From: an uncultured delta proteobacterium
GTDB lineage: Bacteria > Desulfobacterota > Binatia > UBA9968
Direction: 5' to 3'
DNA: 64,000 nt
Assembly (NCBI GenBank): GCA_963727625.1
Contig: CAVSHR010000004.1
Location: 608,001 to 672,000, forward strand
Shown: piece after piece, positions 37,115 through 47,339 of the stretch
How the letters are laid out: each line of letters starts with the position of its first letter
Position numbering within the stretch: position 1 is the first letter of the stretch
The notes under the pieces: generated by a model
The model's input: only the letters and a program-made list of their open reading frames with translations
The model's database searches: none
Told to the model about the DNA's origin: nothing
Translations under genes and position numbers: made by a program

Positions 37115-37930
37115 ATGATTTCCGCCTATTTCTCCCGCAGATTTTATCTGGCGCTGGCGTTAGGCTTGGGGTTGGCCCCAGGCATGGCCCACGCGCAATC
37201 GACAAAGGGGTTTCAACCGGAAGTAGGCCAAGCCGGCAAAGACGTCGTCTGGGTGCCAACGCCCCAGGCGCTGGTCGACAAGATGCTCGACATGGCCAAG
37301 GTCACGCCCAAAGATTACGTTATCGATCTCGGCTCCGGCGACGGCCGCACCGTCATCACCGCGGCGAAACGAGGCTCCAAAGCCCTCGGCATCGAGTATA
37401 ACCCCGACATGGTGGAGTTATCCAAGCGCAACGCGGCCAAAGCAGGGGTTAGCGACAAGGCGAGTTTTATGAAGGCGGACCTCTTCGAGAGCGATTTTTC
37501 CCAGGCTCAGGTCATCACGATGTTTTTGTTGCCAACTATCAACATCAAGCTACGCCCTAAGATTCTCAATTTAAAACCGGGCACCCGGATCGTCTCCAAC
37601 AGCTTTGACATGGAGGATTGGAAGCCCGACGAAACCGCCACCGTGGAGGGTTGTTCGAACTGGTGCACCGCCTACCTGTGGATCGTCCCGGCAAAGGTGG
37701 CCGGCGCCTGGAAGCTGCCCCAGGGAGAGCTAACGATCAAACAAACTTTTCAAATGATCAGCGGCACGCTGAAACATGGCAAAGTGGTCTCGCCGATCTA
37801 CGGCAAACTCAACGGCGACCAGATCACCTTCACCGCCGCCGGCACCCAATACACCGGCCGCGTCAACGGCAGTTCCATGGAAGGCAACGCTGGCGCAGCC
37901 AAATGGAGCGCGACGCGATCAGAAAAGTAG
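37115..37930 (+). CDS. Exported class I SAM-dependent methyltransferase, copy 2 (tandem paralog)
   Basis: Same motifs as copy 1. Leader SRRFYL...AHA-Q. RBS ggagg precedes ATG 37115. Confidence 0.88.
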   Translation: MISAYFSRRFYLALALGLGLAPGMAHAQSTKGFQPEVGQAGKDVVWVPTPQALVDKMLDMAKVTPKDYVIDLGSGDGRTVITAAKRGSKALGIEYNPDMVELSKRNAAKAGVSDKASFMKADLFESDFSQAQVITMFLLPTINIKLRPKILNLKPGTRIVSNSFDMEDWKPDETATVEGCSNWCTAYLWIVPAKVAGAWKLPQGELTIKQTFQMISGTLKHGKVVSPIYGKLNGDQITFTAAGTQYTGRVNGSSMEGNAGAAKWSATRSEK

Positions 37931-38011
37931 TCGGCGCGAGGCCCAAGTCGAACGCTTCGTTCAGATAAGCCGCGAACGATTGCGCGAACCTGATTTTTCG
38001 GCAAGTGACCG

Positions 38012-38036
38012 AGGGGCGGGCTTTAAACCCGCCCCT
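38012..38036. repeat. REP-like GC-rich palindrome / possible terminator
   Basis: AGGGGCGGG-ctttaaa-CCCGCCCCT, a perfect 9-bp stem between convergent genes. Confidence 0.7.
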
Positions 38037-38150
38037 TGCTGATCTCCGGACCAAAGGTGAGCCAAAAAAGACGCTGCAAAAGTGTCGGTTGGGCCGAAGC
38101 GAGAATGCCGTTCTTCGGATCTCGCTTCGAGTCGGAACCGATAGAACTCG

Positions 38151-38543
38151 TTAACTCTTCTTTGCTCCCGGCCCGGCGTATATTTCCAATTTGTTGCCGT
38201 CCGGATCGAGAAAATAAGCCTGCGGTCCCCAGAACACTCCCTGATTACGATCTTCGATATTAAAAACTTCGACGCCGTTTTTGCGCAGGTCATCGATCGA
38301 CGTCTGAAATTCTTCCAACTTTACCTTGAAGGCGTGATGCACCGGCGTGCTCTTCGACGAGTCGTATTTTAACGGCTCACTTCCTTTCGCCAAAATCAGA
38401 TAATCGTCGCCGGTCTGCAAAAATACCATCCGCGGCGACTGCTCGACGACTTTCATTCCGAGCAACCCCTCATAAAACTTCCGGCTCCGATCCAGGTCCG
38501 TCACCGGCAAACTGAAATGAAGCACGCCATGAGTCTTTAACAT
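38151..38543 (-). CDS. VOC family protein
   Basis: LHFSLPVTDLDRSRKFY, HHAF and YFLDPDGNKLEI. RBS aggagg precedes ATG 38543. Confidence 0.88.
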   Translation of the reverse strand: MLKTHGVLHFSLPVTDLDRSRKFYEGLLGMKVVEQSPRMVFLQTGDDYLILAKGSEPLKYDSSKSTPVHHAFKVKLEEFQTSIDDLRKNGVEVFNIEDRNQGVFWGPQAYFLDPDGNKLEIYAGPGAKKS

Positions 38544-38745
38544 TGTTAACCTCCTGTGCCGCGCAACAACGGCAATGAATATGAATTGAATTGCCAAGCA
38601 GGCTACGCCACTTTAGGGTACGGGCGCAAGCGCAAGACAGGCCACAAGAACGCGTTGTCGATTGAACAAACCCGTCAACCACTGCCCTCCTTCCACGGCC
38701 GATCCCCGCTTGATCCGCGGCGAGAAAGAATCGCGATCAAAACTC

Positions 38746-38780
38746 AAAAAAAAAAGCCCGACTCATGACAATTCGGGTTT
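38746..38780 (-). terminator. Rho-independent terminator downstream of the histidine kinase
   Basis: Minus strand reads aaacccga-loop-tcgggc followed by T10. Confidence 0.65.
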
Positions 38781-38862
38781 CCTATGACTTGGCTAATCGT
38801 TAAGTCGCCGCGTTAATCGCACAGTCCGCCCAAACTGTCACCTCGTCTTGATTGACTCGTCG

Positions 38863-41059
38863 CTAACCGACAGCATGTGTCCGGATGCCGGCCAGTGTCT
38901 CGATGCCGTCGCCATCGACAGCATTGATCGGAAGGTTGACCGTAAAAGTAGATCCCTTGCCGATGCTGCTCTTGACTTCGATCGTACCCATGAGGAGCTC
39001 GACAAATTTTTGCACGATATAGAGGCCGACACCGGCGCCGCCGTAACTCCGCGTGCCGGAACTGTCGAGCTGGCGGAATATCTGAAAGATCACCGCGAGG
39101 TTATCTTCGTCGATGCCGATCCCCGTGTCCTTGACTTCGATCTGAAAGTTTTCAGACGTATGGCGGACTGAGGGACAAACCACCCCCCCCTCTTCCGTAA
39201 ATTTAACCGCATTGTTGATCAGGTTCTGGATAATAATGCTTGAGCTTTTCCCGGTCCGTCCTCACCACCGGGAGAGTGCTGGGAATATTCCAATCCAATG
39301 GAATAGTTTTTTTCGAAAGCGCTTCGTAGGTCAACTTAAGATCTGCGATCACATTTGACAAATCGACTCCTCAACCTTAACCGTAACCTTACCCGCCTCC
39401 AAGCTGCCGACCTGAAGCACTTCATTGATCATCCTAAGCAGCTCCTTGGCCTGCAGGTTGATTGTCTTCAAGGCATGAGCTTGCTCTTGTTTGACTTCCC
39501 CCAATACACCCCCGCCAAGAATTCCCGTATACCCATTGATCACGTTTAGCGGCGTTCTGAGCTCGTGCGACATGACGCTGAGAAATTCGTCTTTTGCTTT
39601 ATTGGCTTTTTCCAGCTCCGCCGCCTGATTCTTGATCTTTTCGAAGAGCTCGGAATTATAAATTCCGACCCCGACTGGGCCGGCAAGGGTGGTAAGAAAA
39701 TCCGCCTCTTCTCTAGCGAAATGACGGCGCTCCCGGGAATAAATTCCAACACGCCCAATACCGAGCCTTCGGTAAGGATCGGCACGACAAGGCAGGAGAT
39801 TAAACCGTGCCGGCGAAACAGCTCCCGATTTGAAGTTCGGGAATCGGTCTGAACATTTTCGATTTCCAACGGCGCACGGCTTTGCAGCACGGCCTGGCTC
39901 GGTTACTCCCCGGTCCAACCGGTCCTTGCCTTGCAGCCCTTTCCGCCAAGCATCTTCATCAATGTTGCGCGCCGAGATCGGCACTAAACGATCGGACGCT
40001 CTGTCAACCAGACGTACGGTGATCGCAGCGTAATGCAACAAAGACTCGATCTTATCGAACAGCGCATCGAGCAAGATCTTTCTGTCGAGTGTCGAGCTGA
40101 TCGCTGAGTTGATTTCGTGGAGGAGTTGGATACGCTGGTATTGCTCCAAAACCTTGCGTTCCGCACGTTGGCGCTCGGCGACCTCGTTCTTAAGATTATC
40201 ATTCGTACGCCGAAGCTCGGCGTTGAAAGTAAGCAGTGCCTTTGAATGGTCGAGGTCTTTATCGCGCAGGCTTTTTGAGCTCACCACCATTTGGTTGAAA
40301 GAGGATGCGAGCCGGCCGATTTCATCGCTTCGCTGATCCTGAATCGCCACGTTGTAATCGCCTTGACCGACGCGCGAGGTCAGTTCCGAAAGTAAGATGA
40401 TTGGCCTGCTCCAATTGCGTGCCACCAGCACCGCAATAATCAGCCCGCCGACGGAGAATCCGACAGCGAGGAGAATAATCGTGCGCAACTGGCTGGTCGC
40501 TACCGCACGGTAGTGTCGGCCAGATCTCCTGCCCCTGTTTGGCGATGTCGGCGAAGATCTTTTTAGTAGAAAAACCGACCTTCACTCCGCCGAGCGTCTC
40601 ATTCTGAATTCGGATCGGTGCGGCAATATGGAAGGTGTCGCCCTCGACCTTGGTCACCACACGACGCGACCGCATGCTTTCTACGGTCAGAGGATCGCCG
40701 AGAATTTTATTGTAAGTTTCCAGGTTCCGCGTGCCATCGTGGATAATCCTGCGTTTGTTGTCGTAAACGTAAATGTAAAGGACGTCGGTGGCTTCCCCCA
40801 CCGCCGATACCAATTCTGCGATCTTGAGCATATCGAGCTGGTAAAGCGGATCGGTCAGAGCTGAAGCCATCACCCTGAGTGATAAGGCTTCTTTTTCTTG
40901 CATTTCCTTGAGAACGCTTTGACGCAGCGTCTCCGCGCTCCTTGCGTTCAGCCGCGAAATCTCTGACCTGAACTGGACCAAGATGACCGAGGCAAAGGCC
41001 AAAACGATGAAAAACACCAGCAACAGAATTGTCGCCGCGTATTTTGCGGTGAGTTTCAC
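38863..41059 (-). pseudogene. Membrane sensor histidine kinase (TM-periplasmic-TM-HAMP-GAF-HisKA-HATPase), split by about 5 single-base indels
   Basis: Colinear pieces in alternating frames: DEIGRLASSFNQM (HAMP), GAF, SHELRTPLN, NLINNAVKFT, DTGIGI, FRQLD, GAGVGL and GKGSTF. The breaks may be sequencing error. Confidence 0.85.
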
Positions 41060-41129
41060 TTATCGATTTCCACTTTGAATCGCGCGACATGTAACGGGCC
41101 GCCTGCGCACCCGCTCGAGCTTTGCCGAC

Positions 41130-42046
41130 TTACTCCATTTGCCCCATGTACTTTCAAGGAGATCGCTTCAAGCAGTTCTTCCTTGGCCTTACCTTTGAAC
41201 TCGTCGAACTTGGCCGTTTTGGGACCATAAGCTTCAAGAGCCTCGCTCGCCGGGATCTTCATGGGCGTGAAGCAATACATCCATGATCATCGATTTTATC
41301 TTCGGATCGAGATCCTTGCGCAACATTTCGATCATCCTCGGCATCGGCTTGCCTTGATAGATGATTTTTAAATCCTTCTTCATACCCTCCGGATTATCCG
41401 ACGGCTTGCTCCAGTTCTGATTATGATATGCGCCGGCGTCGGCGAGATTACGATGCACCCAGGTGGTGATGGTCAGGAGCTCCTTGCCGGCGAAGACATA
41501 CCCGATCTTTCCCGCCGGCACCTTATCTCTGGGCGACGAGAGTTCCACCAGCTTGAAACCTGCCTTTCTCAAGATTGCGGATGGAACAAAAAACGCCGAG
41601 GTGGAGCCGCGATCCTGGAAGGCGATCTTTTTCCCCACCAGGTCTTTCAACGACCTCATGCCGCTGTCTTTTCTGACAAAGATCACCGAATAGTAAGTGG
41701 GCACTCCCTCGCGCCAACTTCTTAGCGCGATATCTACCCCGGCTTCGCGAGAATAGACCAGCGCTTCGAATACGCCTTTTTGAACCCAGTCGACCTTGCC
41801 CTGCTTTAAATAGCGGACCATTTCATCTTGATCCTTGGCGATCAGAATGGAACCGTCGGAGATTCCAACATCGTGCAATTTACTGACGACGTAATTGAGA
41901 ATCGGTTTGAGCTGACGGTGGGTTTTTTCCGGCTCATTGGAAACTCTGCCGATCGTCAGGGTGCCGGCAAAAGCGCCGGCGAGAAGTGCCACAAATGCCA
42001 CCAAAGTCAACGCCAAAAAGCTGACGAGTTTGCGAACCTTTAACAT
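41130..42046 (-). pseudogene. PhnD/SsuA-type substrate-binding protein, frameshifted near the C-terminus
   Basis: Signal peptide ending AFA, YYSVIFVRKDSG..SLKDLVGKKIAF..RGSTS and ADAGA. The frame breaks near 41250 and probably near 41152. Confidence 0.82.
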
Positions 42047-42172
42047 AGTCTTCCTCCATTTTTTGCTACCGGCGATGCCCAACCCATCAGCGAAGAGTTT
42101 CACGCTTTACTGGGCTAACCAATTTAGCAATGAACCGGCGATTCAGCTCCGGGTTGTTGCTAGAAACAGGGG

Positions 42173-42187
42173 GCAATCCTTGTGCCA
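42173..42187 (-). promoter_or_regulatory. Sigma54 (-24/-12) promoter of the PhnD-like/kinase operon
   Basis: Minus strand reads TGGCAC-AAGGA-TTGC, an exact consensus about 130 nt upstream of ATG 42046. Confidence 0.72.
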
Positions 42188-42537
42188 CCGATAAAATACT
42201 CGCGAACGCAGCGGCTGGGCTGATTACCAGGGGTGCTTTCCGGTAAGTATGAAGGGAGTCCTAGAAATTTTTTGGAATTTTGAGTACTTTCATGACTCTT
42301 GCAGGACGCTCCCACGCGATAGTTCATCGCATGGGATGAACGCCATTTCCGGAAGTATAAAACGAAGCCAATGTTATAATTTTGTCAATTGCGAACAAAA
42401 CCGGTATGCTTGTCACACCGTTGGCGCAGCCTAGACAAGCCATTACGGCGCCAAAACACGGTGGCGCATAGGCGCAATAAGACCTCCCACTTACCTGGCG
42501 CGAGGCGATCGCGATCCTGGATCATGCACGACAATGC

Positions 42538-42790
42538 TCATTGGGAGATCATCTTCTGGGATTCCTCACCCGCCCCCTGCTCACTCACTCCGGTTATCGA
42601 CCGCAACAACCCATTAACCATGGACAGCTGCCAATAGGCGTGTTTTATAACTTGCGTCAAAGCCTTTCGCTGCGCCGGGGTGATTTCACCAAGCATGCCA
42701 TCGAGCAGCATTTTCAAATAGGCGATCACCAAATTGAGCGGCGTCCGCATGTCCAGCGATAGCTGATCGATGAAACCGGTGGCACCATCT
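42538..42790 (-). other. Isolated HisKA-like segment lacking the phospho-His
   Basis: GFIDQLSLDMRTPLNLVIAY..MLLDGMLGEITPAQRKAL aligns with the neighbour's FLSVMSHELRTPLNVINGY..ILGGGVLGEV. No HATPase follows. Confidence 0.65.
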
Positions 42791-44008
42791 ATTTTCGTTT
42801 CGTCGGCAACACGGCGGCTGAGAAGATTTCGTCCAGCTCGGTATCGTCATTTGCCATCGTATCGGCAAACTTCTGACCGACCATGATGGTGCGCATCAGG
42901 GTTTCAGAGCGCGTTTAACAAGCTCCGGAGCTCGCTTCATCGCCGCGAATAGCTGCATCGGCGCGTCTATTACACTGCTATAGGCATCAAGACCTTTTTC
43001 GATTGTGGTTTCGGCGCCTTGCCCGATCATACCTACCAATGCGACCGTCGGAACGCCGAACTGTTTGGCGCGTCTCGCGACTTCGCAGGGAATTTTACCT
43101 CGGCTCGTGGAGAAATCGATGCACCCTTCGGCGGTGATCACCAGATCAGCCCGGCGGATCGGCTCGTCAATCTCGATATATCGCATGATGATTTCGTAAC
43201 GATGATGCAGCTCCGCGTTGAGAAACGCGCGCAGCCCCGCGCCAAGCCCTCCGGCCGCGCCACCGCCCGGTAGAGCGACGACATCGATACCCAAATCGCG
43301 CCTGACGATAAACGCGAAGTACGCCAGTGCGCGCTCCAATTCTTGAACCGCCGACGGTGTTGCGCCCTTTTGTGGGCCGAACATGCGCGCGGCGCCGGTA
43401 GGCCCGCATAGCATGGAGTTAAAATTACACGCGACATCAATTTGAACCCGATCCAACCGGGGATCTCTATGCAACAGGTCTATATGCGCGAGCCGCATCA
43501 GCTCGGCGCCCCCCAGTTGATCGGTTGGCCCCTTGCATCAAGCAAACGAACGCCAAGCGCTTGCGCCATGCCGGCGCCGCCATCGGTCGTGCCGGAGTCC
43601 GCGCAGCCGATCAGTAATGAGTTCCACTTCGGCATCCAAAGCGGCCTTGATCAGCTCGCCGACGCCATACGTGGTTGTTTTTAATGGGTCACGCAGTCCT
43701 TCCGGCACCAAGCGAAGACCGGAAGCCGATGCCATCTCCAGGACTGCGGTCTTTGGCCCTGCACCGCCAAGAATTCCATATTGCGCTTTAACCGGCTGCC
43801 CCACCGGACCGGTCACAACAACGTCAAACAAAGCGCCACCAGTAACATTCACCAGCGTGTTGGCAAACCCCTCACCCCCATCGACCAAAGGAACCTTCGA
43901 GATGTTGGCTTCGGGCAGTACAACCGCAACCCCTTCGGCAATGCAGTCGGCCACTTCTTCTGGACTTAAACTTTCTTTGAAGCCGGACGGCGCAACTAAT
44001 ATATTCAT
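42789..44008 (-). pseudogene. glxK: Glycerate kinase (GlxK/GarK family), split by 3 single-base indels
   Basis: ILVAPSGFKESL, PLVDGGEG, TTTYGVGELI, GC.DSGTTDGGAGMAQALG, FGPQKGA, GGGAAGGLG and ADLVITAEG. Shifts near 43618, 43511 and 42910. Confidence 0.88.
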
Positions 44009-44424
44009 GATGCTACTCTCTCCCAGAGCTTCGTGACAGTTGATCTTCAACCCCAAGTTTTAGTTATAAAATTACGTCTAATTAGTTAAAACGCTGATTA
44101 TTTTACAACTAAGAGTTTTGCTGCAATCTGACACAGTTGATACTTTAGACCAGAACGTCCTGAAATGACAGGAAAATTCCAGAATATCCCATGGACTCCT
44201 GGGGACAAACTCATAGCTCTAATATAACCGAGATTTACGAGTTCAATTAACCCAACTAAAAGGAAAACCTTGTGCTAAATTACTAACCAGGGGGGTTTGA
44301 TTGATCTAACCATCAGCGTGAGCGCCGCGCTAAATGGGGGAGCAAAGGATACTTGCGGCTGCCGAAATCGCGCTTCGGCATCAACGGAGATCCAAGGATG
44401 GTGCAGGGGGTGAACAACGCGCGT

Positions 44425-44460
44425 AAAAAGCCGGAGTTGGTATATCGACTCGGGCTTTTT
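44425..44460. terminator. Bidirectional-type Rho-independent terminator
   Basis: AAAAAGCCgGAGT...ACTCgGGCTTTTT, just downstream of the 44498 stop. Confidence 0.7.
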
Positions 44461-44497
44461 ACGTTGTTGAAAACGACTCGACTAATTGTGGCGAGAA

Positions 44498-45631
44498 TTA
44501 CGCTCCCAGACCGAAGGTCTTGGTCGGATTGTCCCAAAGAATTTTACGTCGCGACTCCACCGCGATTTTGTCGTTACCGCTAATCGCCCCGACCGTTTTG
44601 TCGGGGAATTTATCGATGGCGTCGCTGTGCGGGTAATCGGTGGCGATCATCAAGTAATCGTCGCCGACATGGTCGATAAAAACCGGCGCCAACTCTTCGC
44701 CGGCCTCGCAGCTGATCCAGCAGTTGCGTTTGAAATAGTAGCTCGGCTTTTCTTTGGTGATTTTGGCGGAGCCGTGTGACTCGTGCTCCCAGTGCTCATC
44801 CATGCGTTCCAACCAGAACGGCGCCCATCCGCAGCCCGACTCGAGGTGCGCAACCTTGAGCTTGGGGAATTTTTCCAGCACGCCGTCGGCGCAGAAGTTA
44901 AGACAAGCCAGCATCTGTTCGAGTGGATGGCAGGCCACGTGGCGGCCGAATTCGCTGTAGCGATCGGAGCCGGCCTGCGGCAGGATCGTGCGCGCCCCTT
45001 CGTGCACGCAAACCGTCACGCCGAGCTCCGACGCAACATCGTAGATCGGAAAATACTCGGGGCTCGCGAACGTTCGACCGCAGAATTTATTCGGCCGCCA
45101 GAAGATGCCGACCAGGCCTAATTTTTCTCTGGCGTATTTGAGCTCTTCCACGGCGCGGGCCGGATCTTGCAGCGGAATCAGCATGACGCCATGCAGTCGC
45201 TTGCGGTCATAGTTGCAATAATCGGCTAGCCAAGTGTTGTAGGCTCGGCAGATCGCCGCGCTCAGCTCCGGATCGATATCGTCGCGCCACATGATGTACA
45301 GGCCGATGGTCGGAAACAGAACTGAGACGTCGATGCCCTCGCGATCCATGTCGCGCAGATTGGAGGCTGGGTCGAACTTGTTAGCGTAGGCGTCGGCAAA
45401 ACACTCGCGCCAGCGCTTCGAGGAGGAGAAAATATAACCGTAATCTTCCGCCACCCGCCCGGGCCGCTGCGCCGAGTCCGAAACCGGCTTGCCGTCCACC
45501 TCGCGTACGGTCTGATTCGGTCCCGCCAAACGCACGCGATTTTTAAATTTCTCCGGCAGGTAATTCTGATACAAATCCGTCGGCTCGAGAATATGCCGGT
45601 CGGCGTCGATGACTTTAAATCCGTCTTTCAT
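44498..45631 (-). CDS. Amidohydrolase family protein (Amidohydro_2)
   Basis: DADRHILEP, MDREGID.SVLFPT, CVHEG, HLESG and ATDYPHSD. Confidence 0.92.
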   Translation of the reverse strand: MKDGFKVIDADRHILEPTDLYQNYLPEKFKNRVRLAGPNQTVREVDGKPVSDSAQRPGRVAEDYGYIFSSSKRWRECFADAYANKFDPASNLRDMDREGIDVSVLFPTIGLYIMWRDDIDPELSAAICRAYNTWLADYCNYDRKRLHGVMLIPLQDPARAVEELKYAREKLGLVGIFWRPNKFCGRTFASPEYFPIYDVASELGVTVCVHEGARTILPQAGSDRYSEFGRHVACHPLEQMLACLNFCADGVLEKFPKLKVAHLESGCGWAPFWLERMDEHWEHESHGSAKITKEKPSYYFKRNCWISCEAGEELAPVFIDHVGDDYLMIATDYPHSDAIDKFPDKTVGAISGNDKIAVESRRKILWDNPTKTFGLGA

Positions 45632-45866
45632 GGTTACTCTCCTTCAACAAAGTAGCGATCAAGGTTTTAGACGCGTCAAATTCACCAACTTACATAGATC
45701 AAAGCCGCGCCCGCGGCAAGCCCTGATCCGTTCCTCCCACGCGCGGCGAACTCACAACGGCGAAAGCTATTTTTGAGCGGGTCAATTCAACCCGTGCGCC
45801 GCCGTCCTCGTGATCGTGTTCGGAAAAACCCGCACGACCACGGACCCCGAACACGATTCCCCGATG

Positions 45867-47294
45867 CTACTTGGTTTCCCAGCCACCGCCGAGGGCCTTG
45901 TACAACGCCACCAGATTGGACGCCATGGTGGCTTCGCTCTGGGCAAGATCGCTCTCGGAAAGATAAAGCGTGCGTTGGGCATCGAGAACATTCAAAAAAG
46001 CCACCAGTCCCTGCCGGTACAGCTCATCGGCCATTTCCAAGGCACGCCGATTGGCCGCCACCGCTTCGAGCAGTGAGCGGTAGCGGGTTTGTTCGTTACC
46101 GTAATTGACCAGGGTATTTTCCACGTCCTCGAACGCGGTCAACACCGACTTTTCATAAAGTCTCAATGCCTGTTCCTGCTGGGCGTTGCGAATTTCGATG
46201 TTGGCGCGGATCTTACCGGCGTCAAACACCGGCCAAGTGATGGTCGGGCCGATGGACCAAAAGCGGCTTCGCCCGGTAAACCAGTCACCGGCGCTGATGC
46301 TCTGCAAGCCGATTGTGCCGGTCAAGGAAAACTTGGGATAAAGGTCCGCGGTGGCTGCGCCGATTTGGGCCGTAGCCGCCGCCAATTGCCGTTCGGCGCG
46401 GCGGATGTCGGGACGTCGCCTAAGCAAGTCAGCGGGCAAGCCGACATGGGCTTGCGGCGGCAGCGCGGGGACGGGCGTGTCTTTAGTGAGTTCGCCCGAC
46501 AATGTCCCCGGTTGCGTCCCGAGTAAAACATCGAGTCGATACGCCGCCTGCTTCAAAGCGCTTTGTAGGGTTGGAATCTGCGCCGCCGTCGCGCTCACCT
46601 GCCCTTCGGCCTGGGCCACTTCCAGATCGCTGGCGAGACCGGCATCAAAGCGCACGCGCGTTAGGTGCAAACTTTCTTGCTGCGCCTCGAGATTTGCTTG
46701 GGCGACGTCCAAACGTCGTTGAAAGCCGCGCAGGTCGATATAATTTTTCCCTACGTCGCCGAGCAAAGTAACCAGCACGGCGCGTCGATCCTCGACCGAT
46801 GCCTCGACCGTAGCCTCGCCAGCCTCGACGCGCCGGCGCGTGCCGCCGAAAACGTCGATTTCCCAGCCGGCGTCGAAACCGGCTTTGAACAAATCATGCT
46901 CCAAGATCGTGCCGCCGCCGGTGGCAAACGCGTTTTCACTGGTGCGGCTGCGCGTGTAAGAAGCCGCGCTGTTGAGGCCCGGCCAATACCCCGCGGTCAT
47001 GACTTCGAGCGACGCGCGGGCCTCGCGAATCCGCGCTTCGGCAATGCGCAGGTCCAAATTCGATTTGACCGCGCGCTCGACCAGTGAGTTCAGCAATGGA
47101 TCGTTGAATTCTTGCCACCAATGGGTAAGCTCTGCCGCTTGCGCGTCGACACCGCTCTGTCTGCCCTCTTGCCAAGCCGCGGGCAGAGAAGTTTCAGGCC
47201 GCTGGTAGTTCGGCCCCACAGTGCAGCCGGCCAGAATTAAATAAACCACGCCGCTTGCAATGCCATACCTGAGCTTCAGTTCCGAGTACGTCAT
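45867..47294 (-). CDS. Efflux outer membrane factor lipoprotein (NodT/OprM family)
   Basis: Lipobox LAG-C-TVGPNY, WEIDVFG, PADLLRRRPDIRRAE and LYKALGGGW. Confidence 0.95.
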   Translation of the reverse strand: MTYSELKLRYGIASGVVYLILAGCTVGPNYQRPETSLPAAWQEGRQSGVDAQAAELTHWWQEFNDPLLNSLVERAVKSNLDLRIAEARIREARASLEVMTAGYWPGLNSAASYTRSRTSENAFATGGGTILEHDLFKAGFDAGWEIDVFGGTRRRVEAGEATVEASVEDRRAVLVTLLGDVGKNYIDLRGFQRRLDVAQANLEAQQESLHLTRVRFDAGLASDLEVAQAEGQVSATAAQIPTLQSALKQAAYRLDVLLGTQPGTLSGELTKDTPVPALPPQAHVGLPADLLRRRPDIRRAERQLAAATAQIGAATADLYPKFSLTGTIGLQSISAGDWFTGRSRFWSIGPTITWPVFDAGKIRANIEIRNAQQEQALRLYEKSVLTAFEDVENTLVNYGNEQTRYRSLLEAVAANRRALEMADELYRQGLVAFLNVLDAQRTLYLSESDLAQSEATMASNLVALYKALGGGWETK

Positions 47295-47339
47295 TTCTGA
47301 TTCCTTACGGTTAACGATCGCAGCAAAGCTCTCGCCGCG

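Noticed and set aside
43509-43514. Programmed frameshifting or phase variation at homopolymers in the island
   Set aside because: The indels are too many, and most are outside long runs. Error or decay is simpler.
38746-44460. Island as a defined mobile element
   Set aside because: No integrase, transposase, tRNA target or terminal repeats were seen. Only composition and gene content suggest acquisition.
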